Positions 1-8,744 of a stretch of DNA of 38,045 bases are shown here, piece by piece. Both the position numbers and the translations under genes were made by a program. Origin of the DNA: a bacterium (GTDB taxonomy: Bacteria; Zhuqueibacterota; Zhuqueibacteria; Oceanimicrobiales; Oceanimicrobiaceae); assembly GCA_037446635.1 (NCBI GenBank), contig JBBIIG010000032.1:1-38045 (forward strand). The letters run 5' to 3'. Below the pieces are notes generated by a model that was given only the letters and a program-made list of their open reading frames with translations, did no database searches and was not told the DNA's origin. Numbering within the stretch: position 1 is the stretch's first letter; each line of letters starts with the position of its first letter.

Positions 1-2
1 AA

Positions 3-161
3 GAGTTTCTCAAAACCGGCTATTATTCGATGGTCTGGGACGGCAAAGACCATAACGGCAATTTGCTCGGCAGTGGGATTTATTTGGCGAGACTCGTGGT
101 GAAGCCCTCGAAGGACAGATCGCTTCAAGTCTTGACGCATCGACTGGTGATGCTGAAATAG
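3..161 (+). CDS. 3' end of a secreted protein with FlgD Ig-like / T9SS-like C-terminal domain (partial, runs off window start)
   Basis: Manual translation from nt 3: EFLKTGYYSMVWDGKDHNGNLLGSGIYLARLVVKPSKDRSLQVLTHRLVMLK*; the WDGKD..SGIY..RLVMLK pattern is typical of FlgD_ig tails. Confidence 0.85.
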   Translation, partial: EFLKTGYYSMVWDGKDHNGNLLGSGIYLARLVVKPSKDRSLQVLTHRLVMLK

Positions 162-170
162 GTTGATGGT

Positions 171-210
171 GAAAGGCTTAACTTTCTCTAAAAAAAATGT
201 TAAGCCTTTC
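171..210 (+). terminator. Hairpin, probable intrinsic terminator
   Basis: GAAAGGCTTAAC (171-182) pairs with GTTAAGCCTTTC (199-210), 10 nt after the stop at 161. Confidence 0.55.
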
Positions 211-235
211 TTCCAATCTCAATGGAGTGTAGACT

Positions 236-1279
236 ATGAAGATCAGAATTCTCTTGCTTTTCCCATTTGTTTTGGCGGCTTGTTCTCACAATCCAGCTGG
301 TCCAGAATCCAACCCGCGCCAATACACTTGGGAAGTAGATACTTTGTTCTACGCCGGCAGCATTCAAACAAGTATGAGAACAATTTGGGGCAGTTCTGCC
401 ACCGACGTGTATGTGGCTGGACATAGTGATGCCGGTAATGGCATAATGTACCACTATGACGGTCGAAACTGGCAGCCAGTAAGGTTGTTTTCCGGTGTGG
501 TAACGATATGGGATATTTATGGTTTTGCCGCTAACGATATTTGGGCAGTGGGCGAAGAGTTTTATATCAATCCAGGGCTTCCTTTGGTGTTGCACTACGA
601 TGGGTGGAAGTGGCAAAAAGTTACCTTACCGCCGGGTGGTCGTCTATTGGAGTCAATCGGCGGACCTTCACCTACCAACTTGTTTGCGGGCGGCATCAAT
701 GGCACACTCTTCCATTACGACGGCACGCACTGGCAGCCAGATTCCATTCCCTTTGACATTGAAAGAGAGGCGCTGCCGTGGCACTTCATCCCGGCCATAG
801 CCGGCGCACCAAATTCCAATGATATTTACCTATTGTATGTTAATCAGGTCGGAACTAATTATTTGCTCAAGCGAGAAGGGGGGATCTGGCAAGTAATCTA
901 TGATATGCTTAATAATCCGTTCAGCGCTTTATGGCTGAGCCCTTGGGGAACATTATACGGTACCGGTGCCGATGTTCAGTCGTGGGATGGCAGCAAATGG
1001 AACCTGTTGTTCGAAAACGAAAACAGGGAGTTTGACACCTTTTACTCTAAAGCCATGATGGGTGCCGCTGACGATAATTTATTTATAGTTGGTTATGACG
1101 GCAGCAATGGCATTTATGGGAAAGTGATTCACCACAACGGCGAGGACTGGTATGAATTTAACCAATTTCAATTTCCCGATGTTGAGTTCTGGGATGTGTG
1201 GAGCGATGGCAAGGAGGTCTTTGTGGTAGGGTACACGTTAGACTACCCACAAGTTACATTAGTTTTGCATGGCAAGTGA
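236..1279 (+). CDS. Lipoprotein with repeated HYDG-x2-W / DIWAVG blades (beta-propeller-like), paralog 1
   Basis: Lipobox LAAC after a hydrophobic leader; recurring IWGSS-DVYVAG, HYDGxxW motifs; GGAG upstream. Confidence 0.8.
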   Translation: MKIRILLLFPFVLAACSHNPAGPESNPRQYTWEVDTLFYAGSIQTSMRTIWGSSATDVYVAGHSDAGNGIMYHYDGRNWQPVRLFSGVVTIWDIYGFAANDIWAVGEEFYINPGLPLVLHYDGWKWQKVTLPPGGRLLESIGGPSPTNLFAGGINGTLFHYDGTHWQPDSIPFDIEREALPWHFIPAIAGAPNSNDIYLLYVNQVGTNYLLKREGGIWQVIYDMLNNPFSALWLSPWGTLYGTGADVQSWDGSKWNLLFENENREFDTFYSKAMMGAADDNLFIVGYDGSNGIYGKVIHHNGEDWYEFNQFQFPDVEFWDVWSDGKEVFVVGYTLDYPQVTLVLHGK

Positions 1280-1308
1280 GTTGAGATGAGGCTCAAATAG
1301 TGAGATGT

Positions 1309-2367
1309 ATGAAGATTAAAGCTCCGTTGTTGCTTCTTGTCGTTTTAGCTGCTTGTTCTCATAACCCGGTTGGCCCCGAGCCCAACCCGCGGCAATATAC
1401 CTGGGAGGTAGATACCCTGGCCTATCCCGGCAGCATCCAGACTATTATGAAGGCTATCTGGGGCAGTTCTCCGACTGATGTGTATGTTGTAGGACACAAC
1501 GACACCGGTAATGGCCACATGTACCACTACAACGGTAAAAGCTGGCAGCCGGTGCTATTGGGTTCCAGGGCGAGTTTCTCGGATATCCATGGCTTTGCGC
1601 CGGACGATATTTGGGCGGTAGGAGATGAGTTGGACTTCAACCCGAATCCCCCCCCTGACTATATTGATAAGAGCGCGGTTCTGCACTACGATGGGCGAAG
1701 GTGGCAGCAAGTGCCATTGCCTCCAGGTCGTAAGTTAGACTCGGTGGGCGGCACGTCGTCTACAAACCTGTTTGCGGGCGGCATCAACGGCACACTCTTC
1801 CATTATGACGGCACCCACTGGCAACCGGATTCCCTTCCCTTTGCTATTGAGAAAGATGCGCTGCCGTGGCACTTCATCCCGGCCATCGCCGGCGCTCCAA
1901 AATCCAACGATATTTACTTACTGTATGTCAATCAAGTCGGAACGAATTATTTGCTCAAACGGGAAGGTGGGCGCTGGCAAGTGATTTATGATATGCTGAA
2001 TAATGCGTTCTCCGACCTTTGGCTGAGCCCCTGGGGAAAGCTGTATGGAACTGGTGACGATGTGCAGTGGTGGGATGGCAGCAAATGGAACCCGTTATTC
2101 GAAAATGAAAACAGGGAGTTTGGCACCTTTTACTCTAAAGCCGTCATTGGGGCGGCTGACGACAATTTGTTCATCGTGGGTTATGCAGGTACAGAATACC
2201 TCTACGGGGAAGTCGTTCATTACAACGGCGAAGACTGGCATGAGTTTACCCAGTTTCAATTTCCAGACGTGCAATACGAGGATGTGTGGACTGATGGCCG
2301 CGAGGTGTTTATTGTGGGCTATCGGTTGGATTTTCCCCAGATTACTATTGTTTTGCACGGGAAGTGA
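1309..2367 (+). CDS. Lipoprotein, beta-propeller-like, paralog 2 of 236..1279
   Basis: Start set at ATG 1309 by alignment with paralog 1 (MKIK..LAACSHNP); colinear to the shared end VLHGK. Confidence 0.8.
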   Translation: MKIKAPLLLLVVLAACSHNPVGPEPNPRQYTWEVDTLAYPGSIQTIMKAIWGSSPTDVYVVGHNDTGNGHMYHYNGKSWQPVLLGSRASFSDIHGFAPDDIWAVGDELDFNPNPPPDYIDKSAVLHYDGRRWQQVPLPPGRKLDSVGGTSSTNLFAGGINGTLFHYDGTHWQPDSLPFAIEKDALPWHFIPAIAGAPKSNDIYLLYVNQVGTNYLLKREGGRWQVIYDMLNNAFSDLWLSPWGKLYGTGDDVQWWDGSKWNPLFENENREFGTFYSKAVIGAADDNLFIVGYAGTEYLYGEVVHYNGEDWHEFTQFQFPDVQYEDVWTDGREVFIVGYRLDFPQITIVLHGK

Positions 2368-2431
2368 ATTTGACCCTCCCCAAAAAAAACAGCCGAAATC
2401 AGTTGATTCAAAAATAGCCGAAAATAACAAC

Positions 2432-2509
2432 AACCGCAAAGACGCAGAGACGCTAAGACAGCATTAAATTTTGAAGAAGACTTCTTTGCGTCTTAGCGCC
2501 TTTGCGGTT
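2432..2509. repeat. Inverted repeat element AACCGCAAAG...CTTTGCGGTT with internal ACGCAGAG/ACGCTAAG units
   Basis: 10-bp terminal IR plus complementary 8-mer units; same ends as 26977-27043. Confidence 0.75.
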
Positions 2510-2537
2510 CCGATTTGCGAATTTTAAAAGGAGTCAG

Positions 2538-3851
2538 ATGATGAAAACCAATCGCAAGAAAACCAAAGAACAGTACCGCATGCGCACCCACCTCATCCAC
2601 GGCAATTTCGAAAGTAAGAAGTGGGATTACGACCATCACGTCAATCCGCCGATGTCGGCTTCGGCCATGTACCGCCTCACTTCGGCGCAGCGCGGCGCGC
2701 AGGGATTTTTCGAATTCGCCAGCGAATCCATCGACGAAGCCAAGCATATCCCCATTTACATTTACGACCGCCTCGACGAGCCCAGCCGCGGCATGTTGGA
2801 AGAGAACCTCGCGTATGCCGAGGGCGGGGAAATGTGCGTCACCTTCGCCACCGGCATGGCCGCCATCAGCGCGTGTGTGGGCATGCTGTGCGAACAAGGG
2901 CACGAGATCGTCGCCCACGAAGTCACCTACGGCTGCACCTACAGTCTCTTTACCAACTGGCTGCCGCGCTTCGGCATCCACACTGTGTGGACGGATATGA
3001 ACGACGAAGAAAAAGTGCGACGCGCCATCACCCCCAAAACCCGCGTGCTCTATTTCGAAACGCCCGTCAATCCCACTCTGACTTTGATTGACATTGCTGC
3101 GGTGCGCCGCCTCGTGGATGGAATCAACTCCAGCCGGCCGCCGGAGCGTCACATCAAAATCGTGGTGGACAATACGTTCGCTTCTGCCTATTGCCAGCGG
3201 CCTCTCGAGTTGGGCGCGGATTTTTCCGTGCAGAGTCTCACCAAAGGCATCAGCGGCTTCGGCACCGACATGGGCGGCTCGGTGGTCGGCCCGATGAAAT
3301 ATCACGGCCGTCTCATGCTTTATCGCAAGGATTTTGGCGGGGTATTGAATCCGAAGAGCGCGTGGACATTCTTGGTGTACGGCCTCCCATCTTTGGCCAC
3401 GCGCTTTTCTAATCAGATCAAAACCGCGCACAAAGTCGCGAAGTTTTTGCGTGAACATCCGAAGGTCGCGAAGGTGGTGTACCCCGGCTTGGAAGATCAT
3501 CCCCAGTACGAGTTGGCGAAACGCCAGATGACCAACCCCGAAGGCAAATTCGCCCCCGGCAGCATGATCTACTTCCTGCTGAAAGACGCCGAGGTCGATG
3601 GCAAGCAGAGTCCGAAGGTGGAGAAGTTCATCGATTATTTGGCCGATCACGCCTACTGCATCACCCTCGCGGTGAGTCTCGGCTACGTAAAAACGCTGGT
3701 GGAAAACGCTTACTCCATGACCCATGCCGCGCTGCCGGAGGAAGAAAAGCGTCGTATGGGCATGGAGCCCGGCGGCATCCGGCTCTCGATTGGGCTGGAG
3801 GACTGGCACGACATCATCGAAGATTTGCGCGATGCCCTCGAGCAAGTTTGA
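2538..3851 (+). CDS. PLP-dependent Cys/Met metabolism enzyme, methionine gamma-lyase-like
   Basis: FATGMAAI, YGCT, FETPVNPT, VDNTFA, SLTK (PLP Lys), AVSLG, MTHA, IRLSIGLED; AAGGAG RBS before ATG 2538. Confidence 0.88.
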   Translation: MMKTNRKKTKEQYRMRTHLIHGNFESKKWDYDHHVNPPMSASAMYRLTSAQRGAQGFFEFASESIDEAKHIPIYIYDRLDEPSRGMLEENLAYAEGGEMCVTFATGMAAISACVGMLCEQGHEIVAHEVTYGCTYSLFTNWLPRFGIHTVWTDMNDEEKVRRAITPKTRVLYFETPVNPTLTLIDIAAVRRLVDGINSSRPPERHIKIVVDNTFASAYCQRPLELGADFSVQSLTKGISGFGTDMGGSVVGPMKYHGRLMLYRKDFGGVLNPKSAWTFLVYGLPSLATRFSNQIKTAHKVAKFLREHPKVAKVVYPGLEDHPQYELAKRQMTNPEGKFAPGSMIYFLLKDAEVDGKQSPKVEKFIDYLADHAYCITLAVSLGYVKTLVENAYSMTHAALPEEEKRRMGMEPGGIRLSIGLEDWHDIIEDLRDALEQV

Positions 3852-3910
3852 AGCTTTTTCTCTAAAACCATCGGCTCGCTGAGAATCAAAGTTGTGTGGG
3901 GCTTGCGATG

Positions 3911-3934
3911 TGGAGTGGTGGAGTGCTGGATTAA
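3911..3934. repeat. 8-mer tandem repeat (TGGAGTGN family)
   Basis: TGGAGTGG-TGGAGTGC-TGGATTAA; relatives at 4086-4113, 23079-23155, 23734-23765. Confidence 0.55.
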
Positions 3935-3969
3935 TGTCTTACTTCCTTCCAGAGTAAAACTTGGGAGGG

Positions 3970-4050
3970 GATGCAGCAGAGCAACGCATCAAGAAAACCG
4001 GCGGCATCATGCACGAGGACTTTTGGGAGTCAATCGAGGAATCCAAGTGA
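3970..4050 (+). pseudogene. Possible remnant 3' end of a Phd/YefM-type antitoxin gene
   Basis: Reads DAAEQRIKKTGGIMHEDFWESIEESK*, resembling from memory a Phd-family C-terminus; in-frame TAA at 3955-3957 upstream. Confidence 0.5.
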
Positions 4051-4077
4051 TGCCGTTCATTCTTAAGCTCCCGAAGG

Positions 4078-4623
4078 TTAGGGTGTGGAGTGACGGAGCG
4101 TTGGCGTGCTGGAACCGATGAACGGCAATTGCTCGCTGGAATCGGAAATATATTTTTCGAGGGTGAAGCGGATGGCGGTGAACGCAATCTCATCGAAGGG
4201 CAAATCCGATTTGCTAAACAGCCGCGTCTCGGACGTTTCTTTGTTGGGATGGAAATCGAGGTTGGTTAAATCCGCCAAAAAGATCATGTAGATTTGGCCG
4301 ATGCGCGGCAGGCTGTAAATTGAAAACAGCCGCACGATCTCCACCTGCGCGCTGGCCTCCTCCAAAGTCTCCCGAATCGCGCCCTGCTCCACCGTCTCGC
4401 CCATTTCCATGAAGCCGGCGGGCAGCGTCCACAAGCCCTGGCACGGCTCGATGGCACGCTTGCACAGCAGCACTTGGTCGCCGCGGCGCGGCAGCGTGCC
4501 CACTACCAATTTGGGATTTTCATAATGAATAGCGCCGCAGCTCGGGCAGTGAAAGCGCTCGGTGTCTTCTTCGGGAATATATCCAAAGGTCACGGGTTGA
4601 CCGCAGTGGCTGCAGAAGTTCAT
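4078..4623 (-). CDS. NUDIX hydrolase with N-terminal zinc ribbon
   Basis: CxxC...CxxC; Nudix box GFMEMGETVEQGAIRETLEEA. Confidence 0.92.
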   Translation of the reverse strand: MNFCSHCGQPVTFGYIPEEDTERFHCPSCGAIHYENPKLVVGTLPRRGDQVLLCKRAIEPCQGLWTLPAGFMEMGETVEQGAIRETLEEASAQVEIVRLFSIYSLPRIGQIYMIFLADLTNLDFHPNKETSETRLFSKSDLPFDEIAFTAIRFTLEKYISDSSEQLPFIGSSTPTLRHSTP

Positions 4624-4665
4624 GCGATAAAATAAAACAAATTAATTTTGAAAAACAAGTTGGTG

Positions 4666-4695
4666 AACCACGAATTTCACGAATTCAGGCGAATT
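4666..4695. repeat. Short ~9-mer tandem repeat (CACGAATT units)
   Basis: AACCACGAATT-TCACGAATT-CAGGCGAATT. Confidence 0.5.
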
Positions 4696-4698
4696 AAA

Positions 4699-4727
4699 TT
4701 GATTGCATAGCAAAAGCAAATTACAAT
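4699..4727 (+). promoter_or_regulatory. Possible sigma70-type promoter for 4752..5009
   Basis: TTGATT-17 nt-TACAAT. Confidence 0.35.
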
Positions 4728-4751
4728 ATTCTCCAAAAATTTGAGTGCGTT

Positions 4752-5009
4752 ATGGCTATACTCAATCAGATTAAGATTGCCCAACTCGAGGAAATGGAGC
4801 GCATGAATGGCTGCACCTTTGAGAAATTTCAACAGGAGTTACTTCATACCCGTGAACTGCTGGTTAACCAAATCGAACGCAGCGAAGAAAGACTCCGCAC
4901 CGAGTTTGACAAAAAATTCGCCGAACAGCGCGCCGATCTTATAAAATGGATGTTCATCTTCTGGTCCACAACCATTCTCAGCATCGTCGTTGGTTATATC
5001 TTGAAATAG
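4752..5009 (+). CDS. Small coiled-coil protein with C-terminal TM helix (DUF1640/CCDC90-like)
   Basis: Coiled coil followed by RADLIKWMFIFW and a hydrophobic tail. Confidence 0.7.
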   Translation: MAILNQIKIAQLEEMERMNGCTFEKFQQELLHTRELLVNQIERSEERLRTEFDKKFAEQRADLIKWMFIFWSTTILSIVVGYILK

Positions 5010-5048
5010 TAGCGGTCTGTTAATCGCTCTTGCGGGTTGTGTTCAAAT

Positions 5049-5083
5049 CATTCACCATTCACCATTCTCAATTGACAATTAAC
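5049..5083. repeat. 7-mer tandem repeat (CATTCAC/AATTGAC family), 5 units
   Basis: CATTCAC CATTCAC CATTCTC AATTGAC AATTAAC. Confidence 0.65.
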
Positions 5084-5146
5084 TGCGGACCAACCACTAT
5101 TCCACCTTTTCTTATTCCAAAATCATGCCGCTCTGCGTCTGCGAAT

Positions 5147-7114
5147 TCAGTCGCTCTGCGTCTCGTTGCATACTTCGAAAACTTTGATTGGCCGGGACTT
5201 TCCTTTTACCTTAATCTCATCCAGAAAGCGGGTTTTGAATTTATTGGGGGTCAATTGCGAGTAGGTGGATTCGGAGATCATTAACTCGGTATTATAGTTT
5301 TTGTTAGCGCCTTCCAGGCGAGCTGCCAGATTAACCGCATCACCAATCACGGTGTAATCAAATACCTGGTGCGAACCCATGTTCCCCACAATCATCGCGC
5401 CGGTGTTGATGCCAATACGGCATCGCAACTCGGGCAAGTCATCTTGCGCCCAAATGGGACGCAACTCGCGCATACGACGCTGCATTTTTAGCGCAGCCCG
5501 CACCGCCCGTTCGGCATGATCGAGCACGGGAATCGGTATGCCAAACTCCGCCATGATGGCGTCACCTTCGAATTTGTCAATGATGCCGCCCTCGGCTAAA
5601 ATGATTTCCGTCATTTCTGTGAGATAGTGATTGAGCAGTTTGACTAACTCCTTTGGCGGCATGGTTTCAGAAATTGTGGTGAATCCCTCCAAATCGGAAA
5701 ACAAAACGGTGACGATCCGCTCCTCACCGCCCAATTGCAGCAATTCCGGTTTGGCCAACAACTCGTCAACCACTTTTTCAGGAACGTATCGGGAAAAGGC
5801 GCTGCGGATAAACGCGCGTTCTTTGGAAGTCGCCATTTGTACCCCCGCGACCAATCCGAAAAAGAGAAAAAGTGAACTTCCGCCAAGAGCCGCCACCGGG
5901 AGAAGAACCGCTTGCGTAATTTGGGTCCAGGTCAAAACGGCAATGGCAACGAGACTGATCCCGCCGACAACATAGAGCAGCCACGAAAATCGCAGACTGG
6001 CCGACAGCCCCATGAGCGTCCCGAGTAAAACGATTAAGCTCAGTGTTTTGCCGAAAGACCATTTTCCATAAAACGAATTCGTGAGTAAACCATTCAGCAA
6101 GGCCGCGTGCATGGCAATCAAAGGCGTTTCTGTTTCGAGCGGCGTTTGACCTAAATCGGTCGTGCCGGCCGAGACATCTCCAATTAGCACAAACTTGCCT
6201 TCAAAAAACTCCGTTAAATTGCCTCGTAAATTTTCATCTTCGAACAGCTCTAAAAGAGTGTGAGCGCCCATCTGCTTAAAATCTTGTCCCCAAAGGTTGG
6301 GATAGGGGATAAAGGCCCGGCCGCGCAGGTCGATGGGAATGACCACCTCCTGATCCAGCAGATTTTTGCCATTGGCAGGAATCCGGATTTCCTGGCCCCA
6401 ATCGACCACCATTTCATCAAGAGCCACGTCAACATAGTCGAGAAACATCGCCAGGCTCAAGGAAGGCAGGTAAAGGGAATCCACTTTGGCAAGCATGACG
6501 GCATGGCGATACACGCCATCGGCATCGCTGCGCGCACTGATATGCCCGCTGCCCGCCACCGCTTGTGAGAAGTCATCTAATTGCATGATGGCCCGGGCAG
6601 CATAAAAGGGCCGAGGCGTACCCCTTTCAACGGGTTTCTTCAGAAAATCGTTTTTCAACCGCTGATAGGCCGTGCCCGGCTCCCACTTAAAGGGCCGAGC
6701 TTGCTCGGAAAGTTCAAAGCCGATGGGCAAATAGACCTTTCCCAGATTCTGGATGGACTCGGTAAAGCGGTGGTCGGAGGTTACGTTACTGGGACGAGAA
6801 AAAATGATATCATAGGCCACAGCCTCTGTCCCCAATTGCACCAGGGCGTCGTTTATTCGGGCCAGGTCGGCGCGATCCAATATATTCTTGCCAAAATAGT
6901 GGTAGGTCTGATCTGTGATGTAGAGATAAACGACTTGCGGCGAGGATGCCGGGCCATGATGAAACCGAACCGCCTGTTGGTAAAATAGATCAAGTAGCTG
7001 ATAATCCCATACCGTCCAGACGCTTCCGAGGAGACTCCAGAAGAGGGCCGCACCCAATATCAGCCCCACTGTCGTCAGGGCCACCAGCTTGAGGAATTTC
7101 TTATTTCGCAACAC
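5147..7114 (-). CDS. CHASE2-domain membrane class III adenylate cyclase
   Basis: N-terminal TM; CHASE2 motifs (AYDIIF, DADGVYR, GKFVLIG, HAALLNGLL); three TMs; cyclase motifs FSDLEGFT, IDKFEGDAIMA, RIGINTG, DYTVIGDAVNLAARLE (Lys/Asp pair indicates ATP). Confidence 0.93.
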   Translation of the reverse strand: MLRNKKFLKLVALTTVGLILGAALFWSLLGSVWTVWDYQLLDLFYQQAVRFHHGPASSPQVVYLYITDQTYHYFGKNILDRADLARINDALVQLGTEAVAYDIIFSRPSNVTSDHRFTESIQNLGKVYLPIGFELSEQARPFKWEPGTAYQRLKNDFLKKPVERGTPRPFYAARAIMQLDDFSQAVAGSGHISARSDADGVYRHAVMLAKVDSLYLPSLSLAMFLDYVDVALDEMVVDWGQEIRIPANGKNLLDQEVVIPIDLRGRAFIPYPNLWGQDFKQMGAHTLLELFEDENLRGNLTEFFEGKFVLIGDVSAGTTDLGQTPLETETPLIAMHAALLNGLLTNSFYGKWSFGKTLSLIVLLGTLMGLSASLRFSWLLYVVGGISLVAIAVLTWTQITQAVLLPVAALGGSSLFLFFGLVAGVQMATSKERAFIRSAFSRYVPEKVVDELLAKPELLQLGGEERIVTVLFSDLEGFTTISETMPPKELVKLLNHYLTEMTEIILAEGGIIDKFEGDAIMAEFGIPIPVLDHAERAVRAALKMQRRMRELRPIWAQDDLPELRCRIGINTGAMIVGNMGSHQVFDYTVIGDAVNLAARLEGANKNYNTELMISESTYSQLTPNKFKTRFLDEIKVKGKSRPIKVFEVCNETQSD

Positions 7115-7721
7115 GAAATTCGTATCGCTTCAGCACCAAAGAACGGCCGCTGAGAATGGGAATGGCATCCACGAAGGCGGGTTCGGGTTTCGGTTGTCGC
7201 ACGTTGCCGGCCAGCGCCGGTGGTTTATTGACTCCTTCGGTGAGATCGATTTTGCTCCTCTCGATCAGTTCCTGTTCAAGGGCAGCCCAATTGTCATAAG
7301 AGACGTTGGCAGAAGTGAAGATCGTCGAGACTTTTTTGAGTTCCTCCGGACTGCAGATGATAGTAAACAGCTCATGGCGGCTGACGCCATCGATTTGATA
7401 GCATTCTTGCGCTGAAGGCAGAATCAACGTGGAATCTTTTTTCACTATCCGCTGCTGCTGGTTATTGAGCAGCGCCACCGTGTCTTTATCGGAGTAAACG
7501 ACATAAACATAGGAATCCGTCTTCGGAACAACATAGAGTCGCAGTTTATCGCCGGCTTTTAATTGGTCATTCAATTTGGCCGGCCCGGCACGATTGGCCG
7601 ATATAATTTCGATGCCAATTTGGGCCGACACCCTTTGCTGGGCGAAGCAGTACGTCATAAAGCTTAATGCAAGAAACAGGTTCATTAAACCCATCTTGAA
7701 AATTTGGAGGTTCATTTTCAT
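7101..7721 (-). CDS. Secreted DUF4384-like protein
   Basis: Signal peptide ending CFA|QQ; LKAGDKLRLYV-DSYVYVV-LILPS-ELFTII pattern; AGGAG RBS; overlaps cyclase start. Confidence 0.75.
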   Translation of the reverse strand: MKMNLQIFKMGLMNLFLALSFMTYCFAQQRVSAQIGIEIISANRAGPAKLNDQLKAGDKLRLYVVPKTDSYVYVVYSDKDTVALLNNQQQRIVKKDSTLILPSAQECYQIDGVSRHELFTIICSPEELKKVSTIFTSANVSYDNWAALEQELIERSKIDLTEGVNKPPALAGNVRQPKPEPAFVDAIPILSGRSLVLKRYEFRVAK

Positions 7722-7745
7722 GGTGTTTCTCCTGCCACCGTGGCT

Positions 7746-7778
7746 AACCCTGACAGGGTTCCAAACCCTGTCAGGGTT
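7746..7778. repeat. REP-like palindrome AACCCTGACAGGGTT-CCA-AACCCTGTCAGGGTT
   Basis: 15-bp perfect inverted repeat; related copies at 13397-13408 (half) and 14227-14260 (degenerate). Confidence 0.8.
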
Positions 7779-8050
7779 TTTAAATTAAATATACTATTTG
7801 AGAAAAAAACTGCGGAAGATTGAACATAAAATCTCTCCGCACTTCGAGAATATGTTGCTACATTAATGTTGTCATTTGTGATTCCAGTTCCGGCTCAGCC
7901 GGGGTAGGTTGTTTCCGATAGCTCCTGTTGATTTCTTCTTCCGATTACGATTCTAAGAAGCCTGGTTAGAAAGTAATTAACTTCACAAATTCATTGTTCG
8001 ACGGAGTTCATCCTGACGACATGGGCCTTTTTTTGGTAAGGACAGGAGTT

Positions 8051-8119
8051 GTCATTCAGGAGGAAACTTTTTAGATAAACAGTACTTACTCAAGTCTAAA
8101 AGGATTCCTCCTGAATGAC
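8051..8119. repeat. Long hairpin GTCATTCAGGAGGAA...TTCCTCCTGAATGAC
   Basis: 15-bp perfect IR (8051-8065 / 8105-8119) extended by TTTTAGA/TCTAAAA. Confidence 0.75.
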
Positions 8120-8174
8120 CGTAAGATGATGTCCTTAGAAAGCGAAGTCGAAGGATGTTTACTCGCCAGAGCGG

Positions 8175-8207
8175 ACGTGCCATGCACTTCAAAAGTGCGT
8201 GGCACGT
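8175..8207. repeat. REP-like palindrome ACGTGCCATGCACTT-CAA-AAGTGCGTGGCACGT
   Basis: 15-bp IR with one G-T mismatch just upstream of the 8228 start. Confidence 0.7.
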
Positions 8208-8227
8208 AGACTATCAGAAAGGGTAGA

Positions 8228-8734
8228 ATGATGAGACCACACCCGATACCAATCGTTCTATTTTTGTTGGCGTTCACCTGCGCCCTGCAAGGACAGGAGC
8301 CTCAGGTCCAGAACGTACGCTTCAGCCAGCTCGCGGATTCCAAAGTGGAAGTGACCTACGACTTGATTGGCAATCCCGCCAAGACATACTCGGTGAGACT
8401 TTCGCTGGTAAAATCCGGCTCGCGCGCGGCCTTTCCAATTAGCAAAGAATCTCTCTCCGGATATGTTGGCGAAGCGGTTGCCCCCGGCCGCGGGCTGCGG
8501 ATTCTCTGGAATCTCCCCAAAGACTATCCCCGCGGTTTGGAGGGTGAGGGGTTTGTGTTTATTGTGGAGGTGTATGAAACGAAGAAGGGAGGGGGTGCCA
8601 CGCCATGGATTATTGGCGGGACAGCGGTCGGCGGTGGGATAATTGCTTTTCTGCTCGGACGGAATCCACCGCCACCACCGCCACCACCTCCGACAACTGG
8701 TTCAATAATTATAGATATTCCGGGTTCAAACTGA
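8228..8734 (+). CDS. Exported protein with small beta domain, C-terminal Gly-rich hydrophobic segment and poly-Pro tail
   Basis: Signal peptide ..ALQG|QEP; PWIIGGTAVGGGIIAFLLG; PPPPPPPPP-TTGSIIIDIP. Confidence 0.75.
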   Translation: MMRPHPIPIVLFLLAFTCALQGQEPQVQNVRFSQLADSKVEVTYDLIGNPAKTYSVRLSLVKSGSRAAFPISKESLSGYVGEAVAPGRGLRILWNLPKDYPRGLEGEGFVFIVEVYETKKGGGATPWIIGGTAVGGGIIAFLLGRNPPPPPPPPPTTGSIIIDIPGSN

Positions 8735-8744
8735 GGGTGCACAC

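Noticed and set aside
236..2367. Tandem paralogs as DGR template/variable repeat
   Set aside because: Differences are largely synonymous and not adenine-specific; both copies are full genes; no reverse transcriptase seen
2368..2537. SAM riboswitch upstream of the Met-metabolism gene
   Set aside because: No SAM-I/II core recognised; the structure is explained by the repeat family also present at 26977
2493..3845. 450-aa antisense ORF over the PLP enzyme
   Set aside because: Mirror-frame shadow of a GC-rich gene; no motifs
8665..8693. CCACCG repeat as a contingency locus
   Set aside because: Imperfect in-frame poly-Pro linker with mixed codons
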